A stretch of 64,000 nucleotides of DNA from Neoconidiobolus thromboides FSU 785 (Eukaryota > Fungi > Entomophthoromycota). This document shows positions 51,258 to 62,646 of this stretch, one piece after another; position 1 is the stretch's first letter; each line of letters starts with the position of its first letter. A program made the translations under genes and the position numbers. The DNA lies in assembly GCA_025603075.1 (NCBI GenBank), contig MU626259.1:124001-188000 (forward strand), in the 5' to 3' direction. The notes beneath the pieces are model-generated. The model worked only from the letters and a program-made list of their open reading frames with translations, searched no databases and was not told the DNA's origin.

Positions 51258-52248
51258 ACTAAGCCATCTCTTGTAATAATATAATTTAATTCACTATCTT
51301 TACACCATCTGCAACCTATCGTTTTTAATATACGTAAATTACTATTATTACTGATAATACTGCTATCATTATCTTCGTTATTCTCATTTTTATTTTGTTT
51401 ATTGTTTTCTCTAGTTTTATAGTTTTGTTTAATTCGAGATAAAATAATTTGATTTGATATATAATTTTTAAATGTTAAACCAAAGTTAGGCTGAATCTTT
51501 AACTTATTAATCTTATTAATTTGATATTTTAAACTAATTAAATTACTGCTATTTAATTTTTCATTATTATCAATTACATCATTGACATTATTAATCATAA
51601 TAACAATCAAGCCAAACTCTTCTTTTAATATATTTAACTGTTGAACAATCAAATATAAATCTGAGTAATCTACTATATCAATGCTACTATTATTATTATT
51701 TAAAATAAACTGTATGTTATCAATAATAACCACGCCAACTTGTTGATTTTCTTTTTTCTTCTCGATTAAATACTCTCTTAGTTTGTTCATAATAATCTCC
51801 TTTAAAAGATCAATTGTTGGTGAATAAATTATATGGATGTTATTTAGTATTTGTTTTTGAGTTAATTGAGTATCATACTTTTCACTCAGCTGTAATAATC
51901 TTTCAGTTGGAAACTTTTTTTCTTTATTAATGTAAACACTACCTAACAACAATAGTTTAACATACAAAAATTTAGTATAATTTGACTATAGTTACCTTTC
52001 TCTAATCCACCCAATTCTTTCTTGAGTTGTGCTGTGATGCTCAGTTGCAGTCCTAACTGTGTTTTTCCACTTGAACTTAAATTTCTATTAATTGTAAACC
52101 AATTATTCCTTGACTATTCGCTTTACCTTTTTCCATATAAATGAATTAAACTTGATGTAGGCAAACCACCATTTAAATATTGATCAATTTTTTGGTCTCC
52201 AGTTGTTAAATACTCGGTCTTTGTTACTTTGATTCTTTTATTTTCCAT
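51239..52248 (-). CDS. RecA/Rad51 paralog (Rad57/XRCC3-like), multi-exon
   Basis: LTTGDQKIDQYLNGG; spliced Walker A GKSSSGKTQLGLQL; ELGGLEKG; FPTERL; Walker B VVIIDNI; PNFGLTFKNYISNQIIL. Confidence 0.82.
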
Positions 52249-52474
52249 TATTCTTTAACTGAAATCAATTAAAACTAGCTACTCCCTCTAATCCTGTTAA
52301 ACCAAAACCCCGATTTTTTAAAAGGATGACGTAAGGATGAAACAGAAACTGATATACCTTTTTAAAGAAATTCTTAGAAAACCGGATATAGTTAACATTA
52401 ATAAAGTATAAAAGCAACTGAAGAGCTTAAAAGCAGTAAATAGTTTTATTAAATTTCTTTTAAAAAGCATCAAT

Positions 52475-53686
52475 ATGAGTCTTTTGTTTAAATTTCCTCA
52501 ATTTATGTACAATGGTATTTATGATTATTGTCAAGCTGGTTTTTTAAAAAATAGTGAAAGATTTAATTTAAACGCTCTAAACGTGGATGTCAAAGATAAG
52601 GTGTTTATCGTTACTGGTAAGCTTAGCTGTTTTTTTTACCAAGTTAGATTTAACCTTTGTATCTTTTTAAGGTGGTAGTAAAGGTCTAGGTAAAGTAACT
52701 GCTATGGAAATTGCAAAGCGAGGTAAGAAGTTTATTTATTTTATTTTATTTATTAATCACATATCATCCAGGTGGTACAGTTCATATCCTCTGCCGTGAT
52801 GAAGCCAGTGGTCAAAAGGCAGTAGAGGAGATCAAAAAAGAGGCTACTAATGATTCCATTTTCTTACATCTCGTTGACCTTAGTAGTCTTAAAAACTTGA
52901 ATAAGTTTTATAAAACCTTTAATCAGACCCATAAAACCAATAAGGAACTAGCTCAATGTGATGTATTGATTCATAACGCTGGTTTTATTGCTGAAAAATA
53001 TCAATTAACTGAAGAAGGTATTGAGTCTTCTTTTGCTGTTAATTCGTTAGCTCCTTATTACCTTACTAAATTGTTTTTACCCAATTTGGAAGCTAGTAAA
53101 GAGGCAAGAGTGGTAAGTTAGCTTATCATAAAAAACAAAACGATATTAAAAAGAATTCAATTAGATCTTTGTATCTAGTGGTGGTATGTATAACAGTAAA
53201 CTAGAGCCCAAAGATTTACAATTTAAAAAAGTATGGTTTTATTCAGGGGTATCAGCTTATGCACAAAATAAACGCCAACAAGTAGAGATGGCTAAAAAGC
53301 TAAGTCAAGTTTATAGCGGTAAAGGTATACGTTTCTTATCTATGCATCCAGGCTGGTGCGCTACTCCTGGTGTATCAAAATCTCTACCCTTTATGGACAA
53401 ATATTTAGGGGATAAAGTGTTACGTACCCCACTTCAAGGTGCTGATACTATTCTTTGGTTGGCTTTATCTAAAGAACCTTATGAATATGCCAATGGTGAT
53501 TTCTTTTTTGGTAAGTGAATTATGTAGTAATTATGGGCTGGAATTGATTTTTTACATTTAGATCGTAAACCAGTATCTCCACATTATCCATATGCTAACA
53601 CAACAGCTAGTGAACAAGAGGTTAATTCATTTATTTCTCAATGCGAGAATTTAATTGATGAAATAATGGCTAAGAATTTAAATTAA
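52475..53686 (+). CDS. DHRS12: short-chain dehydrogenase/reductase, DHRS12-like, multi-exon
   Basis: VFIVTGGSKGLG, IAKRGGTVHILCR, LIHNAG, YAQNKRQQV (YxxxK), SMHPGWCATPGV, QGADTILWLA. Confidence 0.85.
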
Positions 53687-54158
53687 ATTAATATTTATTT
53701 AAATTAAAATATTCTGATAGGCAATTATTATTATTTGTTACTTATTATTTATTGTTTATTATTACTTTACCACTTTTGTTTTATTGTTAATATCCTAGTT
53801 TAAGTACATGTAGGAACGTTTTTTAGATTAATTTGGATATTCATTACTTAAGTTAATCCAGTGTTTTTTTACATTCTTAAAAATATGAGCTTAAGTACAC
53901 TTTTTATAATATCAACCAAAATAATTAATGGAGGATAGACAAAAGACATAAGAAAGAGACTTTTCTTTCGTTGCAACTATTGGTTGGTTGAGCTTAATAC
54001 TGAAAATAAATGATACGAAATTAGTTTTTTACTAATATTACAGAATATAAAAGTTATGTACTATATAAAACTATTATATTAGGTGTTTATTGTAAAAAAG
54101 AAGTTGATTAAATTTTAAAATTTAAAACTTTTAATACTATATTAGGATTACAATATAT

Positions 54159-54257
54159 GGGTGTGTTTTTTTAGCTTCATTACTTTTTCTACCTTTTAAG
54201 CAACTATTTGAGTGAAAAAATTGTTAGTAAAATTCTTAAACACAAAAATACATCCCC
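54159..54257 (-). mobile_element. MITE family copy 7
   Basis: Reverse complement of consensus; ATAT flanks at 54155-54158 and 54258-54261. Confidence 0.92.
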
Positions 54258-54318
54258 ATATTCTTATTTAATTATGAAACTGAATTGAAAATAAACTAGA
54301 TAGTTTAAAAGAACATAT

Positions 54319-54416
54319 TGGGATACATTTTTGTGTCCAATAATTTTACTAATAATTTTTCCATTCAAATAGCGCTTAAAAGATGGAAAAAGTAATGAAG
54401 CCAAAAAAACACCCTC
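54319..54416 (+). mobile_element. MITE family copy 8
   Basis: ATAT flanks at 54315-54318 and 54417-54420. Confidence 0.88.
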
Positions 54417-54474
54417 ATATAGTGAATATTTAAATTTTAGCTAATTAAATGAAACAACAACAATTTAGAAATTT

Positions 54475-54850
54475 ACAATTATCTTGATAGAACAACTGTT
54501 ACTGGATTAGTTGTATTTGTCATAATTCTACAAAAGTTAAGATAGAGAGAAGACTGTGAGAGTATAAAGTTTTCATTGATAACTTATATTGTAACACTTA
54601 TATTTCTATTCTAATAATTTACATCTCTGAAGAACATAGGACAGCTATATACTATAGGCTTTTAATGGCTTTCATTTACTTTTTTAACATTTGGGGATGT
54701 GTTTTTGTTTAAGAATTCTACTAACAATTTTTCCACTTAAATAGTCCTTAAAAAATGGAAAAGTAATGAAATAAAAAAAATCCTCATTTTAAGTATATAA
54801 GGTATGTGCTTTAAATTTGAAAGCTTGCTTTTCTTTACTTCAAATGTAAG
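54475..54850 (+). pseudogene. fragment of a multi-pass membrane-protein gene interrupted by MITE copy 9
   Basis: NYLDRTTVTGLVVFVIILQKLR*RE aligns to NYLGGIIIIGFITFIIILQKLRQRD at ~56690. Confidence 0.7.
54693..54785 (+). mobile_element. MITE family copy 9
   Basis: ATTT direct repeats at 54689-54692 and 54786-54789; empty paralogous site near 56901. Confidence 0.92.
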
Positions 54851-54899
54851 TGTTTTTTTGTATTGTGTGAAATCTGGTACTCATGGTTTGGAGTCAAGA

Positions 54900-55400
54900 A
54901 CAACTATTTCTGGGTTGACTACACTATAAGTCGAAAGGTCTTAGTTTATGTGACTAAGATAGACTTGTATTATGAGGAATAGCACGTAATAGGCTACGGA
55001 CTATGTAAGACAAATAGAATAGACACTTCTAATGTAAATCTATGTAAAATACTATCAAGAAAACTTAGTGGCTTTATTAAATGTTTGAGATATCAGGGAA
55101 CAACTCAGTTAAAAAGCCTCGAACTACTATACTCTGAAAACTCTTTTATACTCTAACGAGTACAAATATCAAAACGAGAGGATAGTGTTCTTTGGGATGG
55201 AGCTAGAAATCCTTATAGTAAATCAGACTAAGAGCGTGGGATTGATTTTCTCTGAACTCAAAAACACAACAGCTTAGGCGATTGTTATGCTATAATTAAC
55301 CATGGGACTGACAAAGCAATATTTCACGATTGATCCCAGCAACTTTTTTAGCTATTTGTGTTCCTTCTATTTTGTTTTTCATCTTATAAATGAATGTGAG
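54900..55400 (-). mobile_element. possible decayed non-LTR retrotransposon post-RT fragment
   Basis: Locally higher GC; minus frame FVSPMVNYSITI...IRISSSIPKNT loosely resembles FIRPILEYG..IW...LRRILG.PKST. Confidence 0.3.
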
Positions 55401-55538
55401 AATTTGAAACATTAGATAGCAATTAAAGACAACTACATGAGGTGTTTTTAATTTAGAACAACAGCCTTAAAGGTCCTGTAAAAAAATAATGAAAATGATA
55501 TAAAAAAATAAAGAGGAAACAAAAAATTGATAGCACTT

Positions 55539-55637
55539 GGGGATGTATTTTTGTGTTTAAGAATTTTACTAACAATCTTTCTACTCAAATAGTGCTTAAA
55601 AGACGGAAAAAATAATGAAGCCAAAAAAAACACTCCC
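55539..55637 (+). mobile_element. MITE family copy 10
   Basis: ACTT direct repeats at 55535-55538 and 55638-55641. Confidence 0.93.
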
Positions 55638-56388
55638 ACTTAAATGTCACTTTTATACATATTTTAATTTTTTAGCATTGTAAAATAAAAAGCTATGGAG
55701 AATTAAAAAAAGGAAATAAAATCCATTTTCTGAAAGTTTGCTTTTAAAAGTAGATTTTATATTAAATCATGATTTTAATGTTTTTCAACATAATTTTTTC
55801 AAATAATAGATATATTACACATATAGTTGAGCCTTTTTTATGCCATATCAAATTTTTAAAGTTTTGCTACATACATTTCTTATTTAAAAAGACTTTATTA
55901 GTTATAGTCATGTAAATTTAATCCTAAAAATGCTAAAACCTTTATTAGTAAAAAACCAAAACTCATTCTATTATATGTAAAATAAATAATTAATTTAATA
56001 TAAAAAATTAGTTAAATATAGAAAACTAACTGATTTATTTAATATACATTTCTAATATTAAGCTATTACATTGCACTTTTTGTTTTAAACTTATATTAAG
56101 CTTTTTGAAATTTCTATTCTAGTCTTAATAATTTTTTCTGATTTCTGATCTTTATTGTTCATAAAACTTCGGGAATAGAAATTGATCTCAAGCTACAATA
56201 AAAAAATATTATAAATATCAAATACTCAACTGTATATAAGGTTCGTATAGGGATCTACAGTTATAGATATATTCATAATCTAAATGATTAAAGCTTGAAC
56301 ATTAGACCTTTCACGTTGGTTGCGGGTCATAATTATTACTGTTCTCTTATGAAATAAAACTTTAAATAGATAATTTAAAAGAACAACT

Positions 56389-56484
56389 GAGGATATATAC
56401 TTTTGTTTAAGAATTTTACTAATAATCTTTCAACTTAAATAGCGCCTAAAAATGGAAAAAGTGATGAAACCAGAAAAACATCTC
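56389..56484 (+). mobile_element. MITE family copy 11
   Basis: Colinear core; flanks AACT / AACA. Confidence 0.82.
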
Positions 56485-56574
56485 AACAATTTTTAATTTA
56501 AGAAATTTTCAACTAAGTAGAACGAAGATATTTAGAACAGTATAAAAGGGTTATAAAACTTTGATTAGTTTTGC

Positions 56575-57480
56575 TTTTTACCAAATATTAAATCCAATCG
56601 GCTATGTTTCTTTTATATATAAAGGTAAATTATAACGTAGTGATTAATCTTTAATTTTTATTTTTATTTTTAGCTTTATCAAACGTTAACTACCTTGGTG
56701 GAATAATTATTATAGGCTTTATTACATTTATAATTATTCTACAAAAATTGAGACAAAGAGATTGCTTTGGCGATTCTAAAGCGTACATAGTAGCCTATAT
56801 AGCTTCTATTGGTTTTTCCTTTTTATTGGAATTTATCTTTGGTGAAGTTAACAAAGTAACTTGTTATAGGTATTTAATAGGCTTTTTATACTTCTTTAAC
56901 ATTTTGTTTCTATAAATTATGAACATTAAGTTTAAGCGTTTCTATGATGTTTTACCAAAAGTAAGGCTATATGCTTTTATCTTTTTAATTGTTCCTTTGT
57001 ATCTCTCATCCATGGTTATGCCTTATATGTTACTTATTTACTTAATAAGAAATTGTGAACGTTTAATGTTCCTATCTAGCAATTAAAAGACAGTTAGTAT
57101 TTTAGTTTAATTTTTGGTATATTTGCCTTTTAAGAGTCTACTTTTATTGCTTTTAGATCTTTATTTAGATAAAACACTTGACTGCTAGCTTAGTATGTCA
57201 TGCTTCAAGGAAAGGACTTTATCTTTTGGTTACTTAATTTCATGTTTACTTTATCCTATCTTCTTCCATCAGCCTATTTGTCAATTCCCCTGTATCCTAA
57301 TTTATCTTGTTACCTTTATAAATAAGTGTCTGAAAGTTCATCTTTCAAAATTTATAAAAGTCTACTTTTAAAGTATAGTTTTGAAAGAGATTTATATATC
57401 ACAAACCAGGTTAACTTTTGACAAATGCGCTATTTGGTTTTTATTGATTTACAATATCTTTATTGTAGCTATATATATAT
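56575..57480 (+). pseudogene. decayed multi-pass (7TM-like) membrane-protein gene
   Basis: One frame of hydrophobic helices (QILNPIGYVSFIYK|ALSNVNYLGGIIIIGFITFIIILQKL...YLIGFLYFFNILFL*) with an intact GT-AG intron remnant and several stops. Confidence 0.65.
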
Positions 57481-57699
57481 CATTTAACTTTTACAAGCTA
57501 ACATACAATTATAGCTTTCAATAGTTATTCAAACGTTAATTAATTATAATAAAATTTCGAATACTAGCAGCTATCGTGCTACTCAAAGTAAAACAAAAAT
57601 AATTTTAAAGCTTTTTATACATTATATTTTGTCACGTCTTACTAGCTACTTTTATTTACATAATAGCTCTTTTTCATATGGAATCTAATTTGAAGATAT

Positions 57700-57799
57700 G
57701 GAGATGTATTTTTTCATTTAAGAATTTTGCTAACAATCTTTCCACTCGAATAGCATTTAAAAGATGGAAAAAGTAATGAAATCAAAAAAAAACACCCCT
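57700..57799 (+). mobile_element. MITE family copy 12
   Basis: ATAT flanks at 57696-57699 and 57800-57803. Confidence 0.87.
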
Positions 57800-59328
57800 A
57801 TATATTGTAAACTTTTAACTGTTTTTATTTATATTACTTTTACATTAAGTATAACTTTATATAGTTATACATTTGAACCTTTTGTTTATTAATCTAATTT
57901 TAAAACTATCTTGTAAAACATTAATATAAGGAATACTATATCTCCTTTACTAATTATACCATTATATTTTGTTTATAATATTTTTGTTACTGATATGATG
58001 ACGAATACATTAAAAACACACCATAAAGAGACTTCAAGATTAGTTTTGGATCTATTGATTGAAAATTTACTAACAATGTTGGCATAATACATCAAAGGTT
58101 TTCAAGTTTAATAAAAATAATGTGTAAATAATAACTATAAGCAAGAGATATATAGAAAAATAGATGCCGGGATATAAAAGGTTGTATCATAGAATTATAT
58201 TCTTTTAACTACAAATGCTTATATTTAAAGATGAATCCTTTATTCTAGAATGTAGTTACTTATTAATAATGTTAAATATTTAAGGAAAATAAACGCAGTC
58301 ACATCCGATTTATTAACTTTAAACACATATTAATCAAATATTTGAGTTTATAATCAAAAACTGATCAATTAAACGGGTTTTATTACTATAAAAATATCAG
58401 AAACTCACTAAATTTGGTCTATAGTTAGATTAAGTTAACAAATATACCTGTTTAATGCAAACATCTTATTCTAAAGCTTTAGCTTTATTTAAAGTTGCTT
58501 ATGAAAACAATATGCCCTCTTGGTTGGCAATTGTACTTTTAATGCGATCTAAAACACAAAGCTCACTATAAAATAATAACCTATATATGAAACCTATTTC
58601 TTTAAATATTTTCGGAAGAATTAAACAGTAATAATGAAATTAATACTATCAATTTTATTATTTTATAGTATAAACTTTTCTATTTTTTGAAATTCATTAA
58701 AAATAAGAATATTGGCTTTATATATAGTAGATTTTTTAGGTCTAGAGAAACTCAGGAGAATTAAAGTATAATTTAAATGTATATCTGAACCAAGTTGTTA
58801 TTAAAGATACTTTTATACTCAAGGTTATATAGTAAACTATTATTGGCTATGAAAACGAAAACAACTTTTTAATAGCTTTCATTTTTAATTTATTAAATTT
58901 AAGCATGTTGAATTTGAAAACATTTTTGAAACTAGTAATAATAAGTAATATAGAAACCATAAATATCAATTAAAAACTTAGTTATTAACAATTTCAATAT
59001 CTTCATTTTATTATATTAGCCATCGTTTTAATTTAAAAAGTTTCAACTTAATAATTTTAAATAATGTAAATATATTTAAAATTATGGCTTTAGTACACTG
59101 TTCTAAAATTATTATTCTATTATTATGAATATAGTACTATAATGCTGATAAATGCCTATAAATGCTAATTGGTTTATATTAAAGAATAACTATTAGATTT
59201 CAATTAAAAAGAATTAATAACTATAGTTAAGCGGTGAAGCATAAAAAACTAATAAATAAATTTACAAATAATAACAAAATGCACACAAAAGTAAAATATA
59301 TATGGTTTATTCATATTTAAAATTAATG

Positions 59329-59973
59329 CTAAAGTTGAATTGGTAATAGCGACAATTGTCTTAAATCCTCTAAATGATAAAGATGCTGATCAATCTCACA
59401 CTCTAATGTTTTAATATTATTACTATTATCATCATTTGATGTGACATTACTGTTTTCGTTGTTTATATCCTTATTATCGTTTGAAATGATAATAGGACTT
59501 AATATATGAGAAGAGGGATAATATTCATCTTTAAAAGAATTTAGAGATTGAAAATAAATTTGCTTTGGTTTTATTAAACTCAAGTTTTTTTCGTTATTCT
59601 TATATATATAATTTATTAATTGATATTTTTGATTATCAAGACCGTTGACAGTAAAAGTCTTTTTAATTAATTCATTTTTGCTTTTATTATATATACTATA
59701 TAGACTATTATTTTGACTCTTTTTCTTTTCTTTCTCTAAATAATAAAAAAACCCTTTACTATACTTGGATGCTGACCATGATTTTCCATCTGTCCATCGT
59801 TGTAAATTAAATTTATCTTGCTTCCATACAAAGCAAGAGCCAGGCTTAATGAACCTCCTTTCAATATGATTTAGTCGGTCTTTTGTTAATTTGAAAATTC
59901 CAAGTTTGGTTGCTTCAATGATAATTAGTGCGTCCCTTGAGTCTTCAATGTAGCCATTAAAAAAGTTGTCCAT
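59329..59973 (-). CDS. Gti1/Pac2 (WOPR) family DNA-binding protein
   Basis: FFNGYIEDSRDALIIIEA, ERRFIKPGSCFVW, QRWTDGKSWSASK, FFYYLE, LIKKTFTV, YQLINY. Confidence 0.9.
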   Translation of the reverse strand: MDNFFNGYIEDSRDALIIIEATKLGIFKLTKDRLNHIERRFIKPGSCFVWKQDKFNLQRWTDGKSWSASKYSKGFFYYLEKEKKKSQNNSLYSIYNKSKNELIKKTFTVNGLDNQKYQLINYIYKNNEKNLSLIKPKQIYFQSLNSFKDEYYPSSHILSPIIISNDNKDINNENSNVTSNDDNSNNIKTLECEIDQHLYHLEDLRQLSLLPIQL

Positions 59974-61813
59974 TTTATTATTATAAATTAAAAATAATCC
60001 TCTTACCTTTTTAACTATTTAAATATGTTTATTTTCGGTAGCATCGTTAGTGATAATAGTAACGAATTACTTTAGTTAAAATGATTAGATAGTGCCATCA
60101 ACTATAGTTAATACAATTGGCCACTTAGGCAGCACAACTTAAAGCAAACTATGGAAATTAAAACAATTCTATTTTAAAAATAAAATTGTTTTAAAAAAAC
60201 TAAAGTTACTTAATCAAGTAGATTCCTTTTTAATATTCTTTTCAATTATTTCATAGCATTCAGCATTATTTATGAATGTACGTTAATTAATTAATTAATT
60301 AATTAATGTATGAATCTTTTTAGTTCTAGTCCTTAACAAATCACATTATATAAATATATAGTTTATCTATATTTATACAGTTATATATTTTATTTTTAAT
60401 GTAATCATTTAGAATTTACTTATACGTTTGTTTTAACTAACTTTAATATAAAACAAACATTACCATAATAAAAATAATACTTTAAGTTTCAATAAAATTA
60501 TTAAAATTAAACTTTTAATTAAATGCTAATAATCTTTGAAAAATTTATGCTATTTTAAACATTAAATAAAGTGTTAAATGTATTTAGAAAATATACTTAG
60601 CATAATTTTATAGTCAAGAAGAACAAAGATTTCGAAAGTTTAAAGTTTAGTTTAAATTTTTGATGACTAATTGAGTAATTATATTAAATATAGCGATATC
60701 AATTAATTTGGTAATTATGACTATAATTAAATTATTTATAAAGTTGAACAATAATTTGTATTATATATTAATTAACTATAGAGAAGTAATGATTTTTAAT
60801 ATTTGTTTTAAAAAGTTAAAATAGTAGCTTTAGTCATTAAAATTACTACAACTTATATCAAAATCAAACTTAAAACCTAAACGTAAAAATGTACTTAGTA
60901 AGAAACTAATGAATTAGTGTCTACTAACGATAATTACCATGTTCTAGCAACTTAAACTATGTTAGAATTTACTATTAACGATTAGACTTATTTAAAGCTT
61001 AATATCAATAGCATGATTTATAATAAATAAGTCATTTATATTAATTTTATAAAACTTTAAAGATATTTGCCAAAATATAAATTTAATCAGTTCAATCGGT
61101 TAATTTTTTACAAACATTTAATAAAAGTTAAAGTCATTTATTTTAGGTGTAACTCATATAAATAAATAAAAAACAATGTAAAATAATGCCCATATACAAT
61201 TAAAAGTTGATATATGACAATATTGTATAATAAGGCAATGTTTCATACATTAAAAATAAATTAAATTTTATACTAAACTAAATTAAGTTTTAATTTTTAT
61301 TTAATAGCGGTGCACTTACCCAAAAAGGTATATTTCTATTAAAAAATATCATAATTTAACTTTTGCTATGCTCTTTATTGATTTATTTTTATATAAAAAG
61401 TATACAACCAATCGTTATTTTAAATTAGAGTTAAATTATTTAACATAGCTAATGACTTATCGACTTTAATTTTTATCATTATTATTCTATAACTATCTTT
61501 TAGCTAACAACTAAACATGTAATTTAGTAAATAAATTAAAATTGGTAAGCGAATCTTCAGCTTAGAAACTTGAAGTTCAACATTATATTTTTTAATATAT
61601 AACTTTCAGTATGATCCTAGATATTTATTATATAAAAAGTATCGTTCTATTTGATTTGTATATATTTATTGCCATATATTTAGTTGCTTCTTGTACACAT
61701 CTTCAGACAGCAAATACTGACATTAATTTGTATTTTTAAAAAGAGACAAGCTCTCAAATAGTATATTTTATAAAAAGATTAATAAAAGATAAAAAACCAA
61801 AAATGTAAAATAG

Positions 61814-61913
61814 GAGGATGTATCCTTTTGTTTAAGAATTTTACTAGATACCCTTTTCACTCAAATAGTGTTTAAAAAATAGAAAGAATGATGAAACTAA
61901 AGAAAACACTCTG
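61814..61913 (+). mobile_element. MITE family copy 13 (TAGATACCC variant)
   Basis: Colinear core; flanks ATAG / ATAT. Confidence 0.85.
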
Positions 61914-62547
61914 ATATTCTATTTTTGTAAACTTTTATTATTTTAACACAGTTTAAATAAGCCTATTTATCTTTATTCCTAATCATTTGATACGGTAAAG
62001 CGGATTTACCTAAATATAAAATAGATTTTCCACAAATAGATAAAGTAGGGTGGTATTGAGTAAATAATTCATTTATCCTCTACATTAGTTTAATATAGTT
62101 TTATTTGATGATAGGTCACTTAGGGGTTCTGACCTTTTAAAAAAGTAAAAGAATAAAAAAATAAAAAAAATAATCAATGTAAACGTAAAATGTATGATAT
62201 TGTTAGAATTGGTCTTCTTTACACTTATAATAGCTCATACTGAAACTATGTCTACTAAAGATTCCCTTCGTCTACTTTCCTCACTTTTATCTACCCTAAT
62301 CCCAGTTGTTTCAAATGAAATTCCCTGCTTTGTTTTTTAAATTTCTTTGAGATGCCTTCAAACTCTTTTAATACTACTTGGAGCATAGGAAACACTTTAA
62401 ACTCTTGATACATTAACTCTATCAAACTTTATTCAAAGGATCTTTCTCTTTGGTTTCTTTTCGGTTCACCTTTGATTATTTTTTTATCTAAATAAGAATA
62501 CAATATCAGTGACATTAATTTTTAAAAATATACTAATATATATATAC

Positions 62548-62646
62548 GGGAATGTTTTTTTGATTTCATCATTTTTCCTATCTTTTAAACACTATTTGAG
62601 TGAAAAGGGTATCTAGTAAAATTCTTAAACAAAAAAATACATCTTC
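62548..62646 (-). mobile_element. MITE family copy 14 (TAGATACCC variant)
   Basis: Reverse complement of consensus; flanks ATAC / ATAT. Confidence 0.87.

Noticed and set aside
35054-52334. ATGACGT (CRE/M26-like) sites upstream of ATG22, tricalbin and RAD57-like/DHRS12
   Set aside because: About as many as expected by chance for a 7-mer in 64 kb.
54155-57803. Regularly recurring repeats that could be read as a CRISPR-like array
   Set aside because: Units are ~100 bp, irregularly spaced, in both orientations and with their own TSDs; eukaryotic context, no cas genes.
32557-61060. Wor1-type TTAAAGTTT sites upstream of both WOPR genes (32557, 32685, 60640, 61052), suggesting autoregulation
   Set aside because: The 9-mer is nearly all A/T and also occurs elsewhere (e.g. 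near 9018, 26751, 56359); enrichment cannot be shown by eye.
62230-62480. Minus-strand KCFLCSK*Y resembling a gag zinc knuckle between MITEs 13 and 14
   Set aside because: Spacing does not fit CX2CX4HX4C and the frame is full of stops.
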